From Eledone cirrhosa (Eukaryota), in NCBI GenBank assembly GCA_964016885.1, contig OZ024744.1, positions 90,396,001-90,460,000 on the forward strand: a DNA stretch of 64,000 bases. The letters are read 5' to 3'. Of this stretch, positions 26,482 through 39,600 are shown in pieces (positions within the stretch are counted from its first letter, which is position 1; each line of letters starts with the position of its first letter). A program made the translations under genes and the position numbers. The notes under the pieces are model-generated. The model searched no databases. It was given only the letters and a program-made list of their open reading frames with translations, and had not been told where the DNA came from.

Positions 26482-26693
26482 TATACATACATTAATATAC
26501 AAACATCTAACTGTTTATATATCTACCTACCTATCAGTCTATATGTATATTTGCCAATGTATCTATCTTCAGACAAGAACAACAATAACAACAAATCACA
26601 AGATCTTTGAAGAACATATATGAATTATGAATATATGAGAGAGAGAGGAGGGGGGGGGGGGAAGAAGCAGAAGAAGAAGAAGAAGAAGAAGAA

Positions 26694-26738
<45 letters not shown>

Positions 26739-27109
26739 CACCATCATTATTAAATGGATAAGTGTTTCAAAGAATGACTGTAAAATGAAATACATCAATA
26801 GTTAGAGTGACAAGAAGGAGACAGTTAAAGAAAATCAAGGAATTATTATATTAAACTTTTACTATAAATTACATCATTTTTGATGGGTATTATGCAGTTT
26901 CAGATTAAATATTGATTTACAATGGCTTTGTCCCTTATTGGGACTTAACACAATTAAACATTTTATGAGCAAATGTCTAAACATATTGTCTCACCACACA
27001 ACATTTTTAAGGAGTATGAAGTGTTTATTATAATAAATTACCATATTTTGAGCTGTTTTACTTCTCCGCCCACTTCTTTCCAATTTTTATATTTAAAAAC
27101 ATAATTCTT

Positions 27110-27136
27110 TATATATATATATAAAGAATATGTATG

Positions 27137-27178
<42 letters not shown>

Positions 27179-27187
27179 GATACATAT

Positions 27188-27234
<47 letters not shown>

Positions 27235-27455
27235 TACATATATATATATACACATATACACACATACATATATATATATACACATATACACACATACATA
27301 TATATATATATACACATATACACACATACATATATATATATACACATATACACACATACATATATATATATATACACATATACACACATACATATATATA
27401 TATATACACATATACACACATACATATATATATAAATACACATATACACACATAC

Positions 27456-27486
<31 letters not shown>

Positions 27487-27489
27487 TAC

Positions 27490-27520
<31 letters not shown>

Positions 27521-27691
27521 TACATATATATATATATACACATATACACACATACATATATATATATATATACACATACATATATATATATATACATATA
27601 CACACATACATATATATATACACATATACACACATACATATATATATATATATATACACATATATATATATACACACATATACACACATAC

Positions 27692-27722
<31 letters not shown>

Positions 27723-27771
27723 TACATATATATATATACATATACACACATACATATATATATACACATAT

Positions 27772-27812
<41 letters not shown>

Positions 27813-27955
27813 TATATATACACATATACACACATACATATATATATATATACACATATACATACATATATATATACACACATACATATATATATATACA
27901 CATATACATACATATATATATACACACATATACATACATATATATATACACACAT

Positions 27956-28002
<47 letters not shown>

Positions 28003-28005
28003 TAC

Positions 28006-28038
<33 letters not shown>

Positions 28039-28087
28039 TACATACATATATATATATACACATATACATACATATATATATACACAT

Positions 28088-28136
<49 letters not shown>

Positions 28137-28177
28137 TATATATATATACACATATACATACATATATATATACACAT

Positions 28178-28248
<71 letters not shown>

Positions 28249-28395
28249 CACATATATATATATATACACATATACACACATACATATATATATATACACA
28301 TATACATACATATATATATACGCACATACATATATATATATACACATATACATATATATATATACACATATACATACATATATATATACACACAT

Positions 28396-28442
<47 letters not shown>

Positions 28443-28445
28443 TAC

Positions 28446-28478
<33 letters not shown>

Positions 28479-28535
28479 TACATATATATATATATACACA
28501 TATACATACATATATATATACACACATGTACATAC

Positions 28536-28570
<35 letters not shown>

Positions 28571-28573
28571 TAC

Positions 28574-28606
<33 letters not shown>

Positions 28607-28650
28607 TACATATATATATATATACACATATACACACATACATATATACA
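27110..28650. repeat. 1.5-kb compound (TA)n/(CA) microsatellite with the higher-order unit CACATATACACACATACA(TA)n
   Basis: Directly visible, almost purely alternating purine-pyrimidine. Confidence 0.97.
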
Positions 28651-28859
28651 TGGAAGACTGACATTATATATATATAAATTGGATGGCTTCCACAATTTCT
28701 GTCTATCAAATCTCACTAAAAATCTTAAGATATCAGAAATTGTGCTTGGAAAAATGTTTTATGGAATTTGCTGATGTACCTATTATATTTCTTTGCACTC
28801 ATAGCGGCTTTCTCTTGCAATATTATATAAAAAAAAAAGCCTCATGTGGATAGATTTCA

Positions 28860-29150
28860 CAAGACCATATAAATGGTGTACTCTGAGTATGGCTGAACGA
28901 CAAAGCAGGGACGAGTTGAGAGAGAAACTGTGTATAAGAGGAATAAACTGTAGTGGACAGGAGAGAAGACTGCTCTCCTATTGGTATCGCCATGTGATGC
29001 GCATGGAGGATGACCACTGGGTGAAGAAGTGCCAAGTAATCCCAGTGGAAGAAAGATGCAGTAGAGGAAGACCACGGAAAACATGGGCGGAGGTGGTGAA
29101 GACCAAAGTTCGCAGAGGAGTGGACAAAAGATTGTGACAAATGGAGAGAT
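28860..29150 (+). mobile_element. RTE C-terminal fragment
   Basis: ELREKLCIRGI..WYRHVMRMEDDHWVKKC..RGRPRKTWAEVV. Confidence 0.75.
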
Positions 29151-29152
29151 GC

Positions 29153-30152
<1,000 letters not shown>

Positions 30153-31497
30153 TATATATATATAGCTCAGTCATTGGACTGTAGCCATGCTCAGAGTACA
30201 TCCTTTATATATATATATATACCATTACATTATACCATTAGCATTTTAATGTCAGCTTTCCTAGCTATCAAGGGTTAGATAAGTCAACATAAAGCAAGTT
30301 AATACTGAAGCAGGGCTACTGATCGCCCAGGCAGGCCAGGAATCTGCGACTCGCTTATTTACTGTCTCACATTCTATTGAGTGTTCTCCCAACCTTTTGT
30401 TTGGCAAGCTTTCTACAGCTGGATGCCCTTCCTATCACCAACCATTTTTAGCATGTACTGGGTGCATTTATCATGTAGATCACCAATACCAGGGAGGCTG
30501 TCATGTCTTTGCATTACTGAAGGGTCCCCCTGACTCTTTGTTTGGCAAGTTTTTTTATGGCTGGATGTCCTTTCTTTCACCAACTACTTTACAGTGTGTA
30601 CTGGGTGTGTTTATCGTGTAGATCACCAACACTGGAGAGGCTGCCATGTCGTTGACATGACTGAATATTGAAATGTGTGCACCCCAATGCCAATGACTAT
30701 AATAATAGTAAATGACTAGAAATAATATTTGCCACCGTCCATAAAGTGTCCTTGAGCAAGACACTTTATTTCACATTGCTCCAGTTTACTCAGCTGTAGA
30801 AATGAGATGATAGGACTGGGGTCCCTATAATTCCACTGCAAAGTGATCGTGGAGGTGCCACGACAAAAAAGACACCCAGCACTCACTGTAAATGAGGTTG
30901 ATGTTAGGAAGGGCATCCAGCTGTAGAAATCAAGCCAGAATCAGTTCTCGTCCCACCCTAGCAAGCAGAGAAAAGCGGACGTAAAATGATGATGACGATG
31001 ATGATGATGATATACAGCCCATCCTGTTAGATGGTTGTTTTGGTGCTAAGATAGTCCACACTGTAATGTATTTGACATTAGGAAGGGCATCCAGCTGTAG
31101 AAACCAAGCCAAAATACAGATCTGTATGAGCAAGATGTGATCATCTGACCTGAATTGTTTTGACCTGTGTAACCCATGCAAGCATAGAAAAATAGACGTT
31201 AAATGATGATGATGAAAAATGGATACTAAAAAATCAGATGATGATGATGATGATATATAGCTTCAGCCATTGGACTGTAACCATGCCCGGAGTATACCCT
31301 TTATACGTTCTTGTCAAATATACCCATCTGCTGCTTCTTTTTTTTTTATAATATTGCAAGAGAAAGCCGCTATGAGTGCAAAGAAATATAATAGGTACAT
31401 CAGCAAATTCCATAAAACATTTTTCCAAGCACAATTTCTGATATCTTAAGATTTTTTTGTGTGAGATTTGATACACAGAAATTGTGGAAGCCATCCA

Positions 31498-31528
<31 letters not shown>

Positions 31529-31777
31529 CTAGCAGATTTACATTGCCTGGGATTTGAAAATCCCATAAGGATTTAGTTTTTATGGGTTTGCTGACACAGG
31601 CATGTGATTTTTTATTGCTCAACGTGGGTCGATTTGAAAATTGTTTGTGATGTGACCATCTTAGCAACAGGTGCAATGTGCACAGAAAATTTGGTCAAAT
31701 TCGGTTGGGAATTGTAAAAGCCTTAGCTGTCCAAAGTTGTCCACAGACACACACATCCTCGCTTTTATATATATAGA
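31529..31777 (-). mobile_element. Short non-autonomous Helitron
   Basis: a|TCTATATATATAAAAGC...CTAG|t termini. The paralogous locus at 28651-28690 lacks it (empty site), with no TSD. Confidence 0.7.
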
Positions 31778-32199
31778 TTGTCAGTCTTCCATGTAGGAAA
31801 GAATATATTTTTATACTAACGAAAGTATCTATAAAAAATGACATGCTTTATAATAAAAAAGAAATTTTAATTTAATAATTCCTCGATTATAATATTCTAT
31901 ATAACAATGTTTGAATCCTCGATTCAATGTTTGAATTACTCTAGCTATTGAAGAACTTCATTTTACTTTCATTTAAAACAATTACAATAATTTTATTCCT
32001 ATTTTTTTTGAAGCACTAAATTATGATGAATTTTTTTTCTACCTATGTACCAACCTATCTATATATCTATCTTTGGATTACTATTGTGAAGTGTTGTTAT
32101 TATAGTTGTTCTTGTCCGAAGATAGATATATTGGTGAGTATACATATATGTGCGATCTTCTTGAAGTGCTTAAGGAGATTGTACATGTGATAAGTATGG

Positions 32200-32733
32200 C
32201 AAAAGTAAAACCCATGTTATGAGAATCTCCAACAACATCTTATATGGCAAGGGGAAGCAAATCATGGCCAAGAACAGCTATGCCATACTGGGCTGGAGAT
32301 TGGGCCTTCTGGGTGGTGCAGACAACTGTGGGTGTACAGCAGACCTCTCAGATTCAGCAAAACAACCAGAAATCATCAGAAAGAGTGGTTTGAGGCCAGA
32401 TATCATACTCCATTCTAGGTCATCAAAACAGTTCATTTTGATTGAACTTACTGTGCCATTTGAAAGTAGATTAGAAGAAGCACACATATTCAAGACTGAA
32501 AAATATGCCAGTTTGGCCAACAGCTTGAGGGAAGCCGACTTCCGAGTCAATGTTCTCACCATAGAGGTTGGAGCCAGAAGCTTTGTGGGCAATTTCTCTA
32601 CAATCATATGAAACAACTTTCAGTGTCTAGGAAGACAAGGACCAAAGCCCTAAGGACAATATCAGAGGCAGTAGAAAGGATTTCTAGCTGGATCTGGTCG
32701 AAGAGGAACAAAACCAACCTCCACACCATGTGA
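32200..32733 (+). mobile_element. 3' fragment of a REL-endonuclease non-LTR retrotransposon (HERO/NeSL-like)
   Basis: LRPDIILHS..FILIELTVPFE..EEAHIFKTEKY..EVGARSFV, then ALRTISEAVERISSWIWSKR in a shifted frame. Confidence 0.8.
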
Positions 32734-32899
32734 GAGGCACCGTGTTTGTATTTTAATGGTTTGTGGTGTTGGTGACAATATCAGCAATACTGTTGATGTC
32801 TCACCACATCCATGGCTACCAATGTTATTTTTCCAATCCAAGAAAGTGTTTAAGTCTACCCCTTTGTTTACACTTATAGCTACAGGGTAGACCAATTTG

Positions 32900-33600
32900 G
32901 TTGCCAGTGGCTCATTAGTGAAGTGGTTAATACCCTCGCTTGACACCTGAGAGACGTGGGGGTTCAATTCCTTGCATGCACCTCTGTCCACGTTTTTCTC
33001 TATCTTCAGTTGTACTAAACTGACTTTCTCAACTAATATTTATAGTGGTTGACTATTATGATGGTCACTTACGTTGGGGTGCACACATGTTTCAAATTTT
33101 TCTAATGCTTCATAACTTTTCACTTCTAGCTACAAAGACGGAACTAATAGCCAGTGACTGTTTAGTGCAATGGTTAACACTTACTTGGCATCCAAGAAAT
33201 ATGGGTTTTGATTCCTTGCAGGCACCTTCCTACACATTTATCTGTCCCTAGGGGTACTTTACCCGATTTTCTAAACTATTATTTATAGTGATCAACTATT
33301 ATTATGGGACGCACACATTTCTAATGTTCCCACTGTTCCTCAAGTCAACCACTTTGTTTATGCTTCTAGTTACTGGCTTAAAATTTTCTAAAAAGATGGA
33401 ACTGGTGGCTGGAGAACTTTCACCTGGCATCGAAGAAATGAAGGGTTCAATCCCTTGCATGTGCCTGTCCACATTTTTTCTATCTCCAGGGGTACTTTAT
33501 CTGATTTTCTCAACTATTATTTATAGTGATCGACTATTATTATGGGACACACACATTTCAATTTTCAAATCTTCCTGATGATTAATAAGCCAACCTCTTT
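32900..33600 (+). repeat. About three tandem ~240-bp units with degenerate tRNA-like heads
   Basis: ttagtgaagtggttaa..ggggttcaattcc at 32916-32972, with similar heads at 33160-33215 and ~33420-33455 and the shared body actattatttatagtg..actattat..gcacacattt. Confidence 0.6.
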
Positions 33601-33696
33601 GTTAACACTTCTAGATACAATAAGACATGGAGAACACCATAACCCTCATATACTTTGTGCCTTATACATAAATATGTGAATGAAGAATTTGCCTAC

Positions 33697-36600
33697 CTTT
33701 CCAGGAGTTTTGCCACTCTCTTCATGATGTTCTTCAGTAAAGTGTACAGGTCTGTCAGATAATTTCTGAAAACTGCTAGCATCAATTCTACCATCGGATC
33801 TTCCTTTAGTAGAGGCAGTATCACTGAGGATGTCATCAATACCATCAACACATGTGTCACCGTCGTCTATGTAGTGATTGTCGTCAAACTGTGTGTCACT
33901 GTCAAGGTAATGAGTGGCATGGTCAGTGTCAACGTTCCTGTCAGCGCAGGTGTGTTCGTTATCATTGTCGTGATAGTGAGTCTCATCTACAATACAACCA
34001 CCAATGTCAACATGATGATTGCATGAGCAGTGGTCATATTCGCTGTCAGATGTTTCGTCAGGAGTGGGTTTCGAAGCTGTTGCTCCTGCATCCACGAGAA
34101 GACGAAGGAGTCTCTTGTCGGCGGGGCTGCCTATTCGCAAGCAGCCTTCCAGGTTGACACCCGATGCTAAAAGCCAAAGTACAAGGTGTTCATGATGAGT
34201 CATGTGACTCTGCAATGAATGTTGCTGTTGTTGTTGTTGCTGTTGTTGCACTTGTTGGCTGTTGTAGTGTTGGTGTTGATGCTGGTATTGTTGCTTGAGA
34301 TGTAGAAGGCGATGTTGTTTTGTTGTGTTTATTGGTGTCGGTTTTGTTTTGGGTTCTGAGGTGGAAGATGTTGTAGGGTTTGTAGTGGCAAGGTTTGCTT
34401 TATGGACGGATGAGGAGACATCATGGCAGGGTGGTGGTGGGACAAGTACAGCATCGTTAGCTATATCCAGTATATCAGCAGGATTGGAGCCTGTGGTGGT
34501 TTGATTCATCAGGAACGGGAGGGAAGTGGATGCAGTGGCAGTAACAGTATTGCTTGCAGAGGTAGTAGTGGTGACCATTGATGAACGTGTAACACCACTG
34601 GTGGCTGCATTTACCATTGCTGCTGTTGTTGTTGATGTTGTGGTTATCCCTGGGGGAGGAAACTTGGCCTGAACAAGATGCCAACCAAGTTCTTGAACCT
34701 CAGCTGCAGTCAGCCAGCCACGACTACGACCACATACCCGACCAGATTGACATCCGACACCATTGACTTTTTTAATCAACCCTAACTGGCCATTGCCTGG
34801 CATCAGAGATGGACATTTGCCAGGTACCATGAGTGATGTTGAAGCCAACATGGCCATGGCCAGTGCCCCATGACCTTCACCGGCTGAACACAAAAACCTT
34901 GGTGTACAGTGTTTCACATCAAGAAGCCATTCGGCGAAACTATGATGGAAAAATATGCATGCCGGCGAGCTTTCATAGGACTGTGTTGAAGAGAGATACT
35001 GATAGGGTTTGTTACTGCAACACATATGGTAGTGATTGTGTTGTTGTTGTTGTTGTTGTTGTTGGGGATGGTGGTGGTGTTGATTTTGGTGATGTTGATG
35101 GTAATGTTGCTGTTGTTGTTGTTGTTGTTGTTGTTCGTGGTAGTGTTGTTGTCGATGATGTGAAACAGCCATTATCGATGTTGTGATTGGCTTTCTACTC
35201 TCTCCCCTTCTACTACTTTCTCCTAATCTTACCTTCCCTCTTCTTACTTCTCCCATCTCTTCACCCCTTGCTGGTGCTACTACCTCCCCCAATCTATTTT
35301 CTCCGCTTCTACTATCTGCCCTTAATACTGCTGTTCTCCGTTCTCCTCTCGTTACGGACACTGACAATGGGTTAACACCAGGCACTGATGTTTTACCATC
35401 ACCACTGAAAGTCAGGTCAAGGTTAAGAGCTGACCATGATGACGAGAAATTTGATGACAAAGAAAACTTGTTGAATAGCTGACACTGACAAGGACAATGG
35501 TGATGGCAATGATTATAACGATGGCTCTTACAATGGTTATGACGATAAGGATGATGACTATGATGGTTGTGATGGTAATGGTGATGATTGGGAGGTGCTT
35601 TCTGCACAGATGAAGTAGCAGCTGTGGTTGTCGTAGTGGTGGTGGTGGTGACGATGGTGGTGACAAAGGATGATGCACTGTCAGAACAAAAACACGAAGA
35701 ACGAGAATGGGGAGAAGAACAACAATAGCAAGAGGAACTACGATCAGGCTTTGGCACCTGACTTGCTGTTTGGGCAAGAGGAAGTTCAGCGTCACATTGC
35801 CCAGATTCCTTCGGATTGGTAATGCCTAGCCCCTGGAAGGCGCTTTGCTCAACATCTTCAAGGTTGCCTATGCCTCTTGGATGGATGGGACCAGCATTGG
35901 GTTGTACATGGCCAGAGCCATTTTCTTCCTGGCCTCCAGCATTTCTGAGCTTGGCAGAGCTAGACTCCACATGGTTATGCTCTGTATTTCCAACACCTCT
36001 GAGTTGGTCAATGCTAGTCTCTATCTGGTCATGCCCACATTCATCTAAACTACCAATGGTTCCTGCTTGTGTAGAATGTGACTGCATGTGACCATGCCTG
36101 TCTTCTTCCAAACTCCCAATTCTTCTTAGCTGGGCAGCACGAGATTTTAAGTGGCTACGCCCACATTCTGCTAAATTAGCTTGATCTACCATTCGAGTGG
36201 GCCGAGGCTCAAGGCGGCAACGCCCATTTTCCTCTAGACTGCCCATGGATCCCCGCTGGGAATGGCACTGTTGAATGCGCTGACGCATGACTTCCTGCAG
36301 AACTTCTACACCACCCTCTCCTCCCACGCGGATACCAACAAGGAGGCGTGAGAGTGAGGCAAGACGGCGCTCAAAGTCACGGCGGGTGAGATTGACATCA
36401 CGCACAGTGGCACACAGATAAAGCTGGTCGATAGACAGGGGCCGTGCAGCAGCAGCAGCAGCTGCAAGCACGGCATCAAGCAGAGGGCGGGCTTCAGCAA
36501 AGCGACGTGGTGCATGGGAAAAGCGACGCTGGCAAAGCCATAAGTAAAGGCCATTAAGTGTGGGTGGAATGTGGCGCACTTCTGCCAGGCTTACCGAGCC

Positions 36601-39600
36601 ATCAGCGACCCCATCAAGCACCGTTTCCAGATAGAGCATACAGCCGTTGCTCTTGATGTGCAGTTGGTTGAGTGTGTGTGCCGCCTGCCGACTAAGGTGG
36701 CGACGCAGTGCCGGCTCAGCATCAAGTCGACACAGGATGTAACGTTGAACATCACGCACTACATGTGACCGGCGGAGATCGTCAAGCGCAATGCGACGCA
36801 AGCCAGAACCAGCAAAAAGTTTTGTCACAGTTTTGCAATGCTCGCGTGCTGAGCATAATAGGAATAACCAATCAGGAAAGAATGATCGTGTGGCAGCTAA
36901 TAACTCAGCAATCGTACTAACACCTGGGTTGGCTGTAGGCATTGATGTTGAAGATGAGGTTCGAACTCCAGACATTGATGGTGTGGACACAGTAGCTGCA
37001 TTTTCTATTGTTTGTGGTGTTGAGATTGGCTTTCGAATTCCAGGTGCAGTAGTGTACATTGCAGTTGTTTTGGTTGTTGTTGTTGTTGTAGTTTGAGATG
37101 TTGAGATTCGCATTGCAGGGGAAACAGGTGGAGTTGAAGTTGCTTTTGTTTTTTCTGTTGTTTCGGGAGTTGTTGAGGCTGAGTTTCGAATCCTGGGCAC
37201 AGATGGAGATGCTGCTGTTTTTGCTGTAGAGGTTTGAATTCCAGAAGCTGCTCTTGTTTTAGCTTGTATATCTGAGGTTGATGCTCGGTTCCCAAGTACT
37301 GCTCTGCTTTTTGCTGTTTTCCCTGAAGCTGATGAGGCTGGGTTTGGGATCCTGGATGGAACGAATGTTTTTCCTTTTGATTCCGAGGCTGATGCTCGAA
37401 TCCCGGATTGATGTTGTCGCCGGCAAGGGCTAGCCCTTGTCCCAGCTTCTGTTTCTTTGTTGTCATCGTGATGGTGGCGATGGTTCACTGCTTGACCTGA
37501 GCTCGGTCTTTGAAAATGGCGTGGTTGCTGTTGTTTTTGTTGCTTTTGTCGTCGGTGAGAAGGGCTTGTTTCTGTTTCCTCATCGTCATGGTTTGCTGAC
37601 TGACTTGAACTGGGTCTATGAAGATGGTGGCGTTGCTGTTGCTTCTCACCATCTCCATCTTTATAGCAATAATAATAATAATCTTCATCATCATCATCAT
37701 CACGATAATAGGAACTGTTGTCTTCCCCTTCTTCTGCCATCAGCGAACGTTTCGATTTGAGTTTACCAATCTTCAATTTTTTCGTCTCTTCATTTTCTGA
37801 CTTCTTCTCTTCTTCATCATGATAATAACAATAATAATCGTCATTTTCATCAAAATCCTCATTATCTTTTGCATTTGACACATGCTTTGGTTTCTCTTTG
37901 TTCATTGCCAGACCTTTCTTTTTCTCTTCATCTTCTGTCACTTTTTTTTTGTCTTCATCGTGATAATTATAATAATAATAATCTTTTTCTTCATAATACT
38001 CATCATCATCATCATTATTATCATATTTTGCATTCGGCAAACGCTTCACTTTGTCCTGGCTCATTTTCAGGTTTTGCTTTTTCTTATTTTCTTGGTCTTC
38101 TGTTTTCTTTTTCTCTTCTTTCTTCTTACTATCATAATAATATTCAGCATCAGCATCATCTTGACTATCTTTTCCAACTGCCAAACGCTTTACTTTGTCT
38201 TGGTAAATTTTCAGCATTTGCTTCTTCTTTTTAATTTCTTGTTCCTCCGTCTTTTTCGTTTCCTCTCTCTTCTTTCTCTCGCTCTCTAAATAATAATAAT
38301 AATTGTCGTCATCATTATAATCATCTTTCAAACTTGACAAATATTTCACTTTGTCCCGGTCAATTTGCAGCTTCAGTTTTCTCTTTTTATCTTCTTCTTC
38401 CTCTACCTTCTTATCATCTTCTACCCTTTTTATCCTAACATCTTCTTCATCGTCCTCAATATCATCGTCATCATAATAATAATCACAATAATCGTTATAA
38501 TAATCGTTATATTCCTCTACATTCAGCAAATGTTTTGTTTTGACTTCCACCGCCTTCTGCTTTTTCTCTTCTTCTTCGGCCTTTTTCTTCTTCTTCCTAT
38601 CATCATCGTCATCCTCGTCATCATAATAACCAGCACTATAATCACCGTAATCATCCCATACACTACTCTTTTGTTTATTTTTGCCATCTTCTACACCTGT
38701 CTTCTTTTTGCCGCCATTATCATCATATAAATATTCATCATCATAGTTGTAATCACCTTTACTATCATCATAACAATCTTGTACTTTCGGCAAATGTTTT
38801 GTTTTTTCTGCCAACATCATCAGCTTCCTGCTAATCTCATCTTCTTCTTCTTCCTCTGTTTTCTTCTTTTCCTTTTTCTTACTATCATAATAATGATCCT
38901 TGCCCTTAAAATCGTCATAAACTTCATCTAAATTCTGCAAACCTTTCACCACTTTATGGTCAACCAGTTTTTTCTTTTTTGCCTTTTCTGCTTTATTCTT
39001 ACCATCATCATGATCATCAACAATGTCCTCATTATAATCATCACCATCATCATAATTTTCACCTTTATAATCCTCATAATCACCGTCTACATTCTTCAAA
39101 CTTTTCAGTTTATGCTCACCCATTTTCAGCCTGTTTGTTTTCTCATCTTCTGTTTTTTCTTTTTTCTTCTTCCAGCCTCCATCATAATAGCTCTCCCCTT
39201 TACAATCATCATAGTCGTCTTCAAAATTCTGCAGACGTTTCACTTTGTAATCCACCATCGTCAGTTTCTCTTTCTTTTTCTTCTCCTCATCCTTCTTTCT
39301 ACCACTATAATCATCAAAACTTTCAGCATAATCATCTCCTAATTTTGCCAATCGTTTTACTTTGTCGTCCACCACCACCGGCTTCTTTTTGCTCTCTTCT
39401 TCTGCTTCTTCTCTTGTCTTCTTCTTTCTACTATCAATACAATAACTAACCTGATCCTTATAAATGTCGTAATCATCCTCTAAATTATGAAAATGTTTCG
39501 CTTTACCCTCCGTCATTTTTATTTCGTCATTAACATCTTCATCTTCTCCAAGTGCTATCTTCTCCTTTTCAACATCACCAGCACCACCACCACCTCCACC

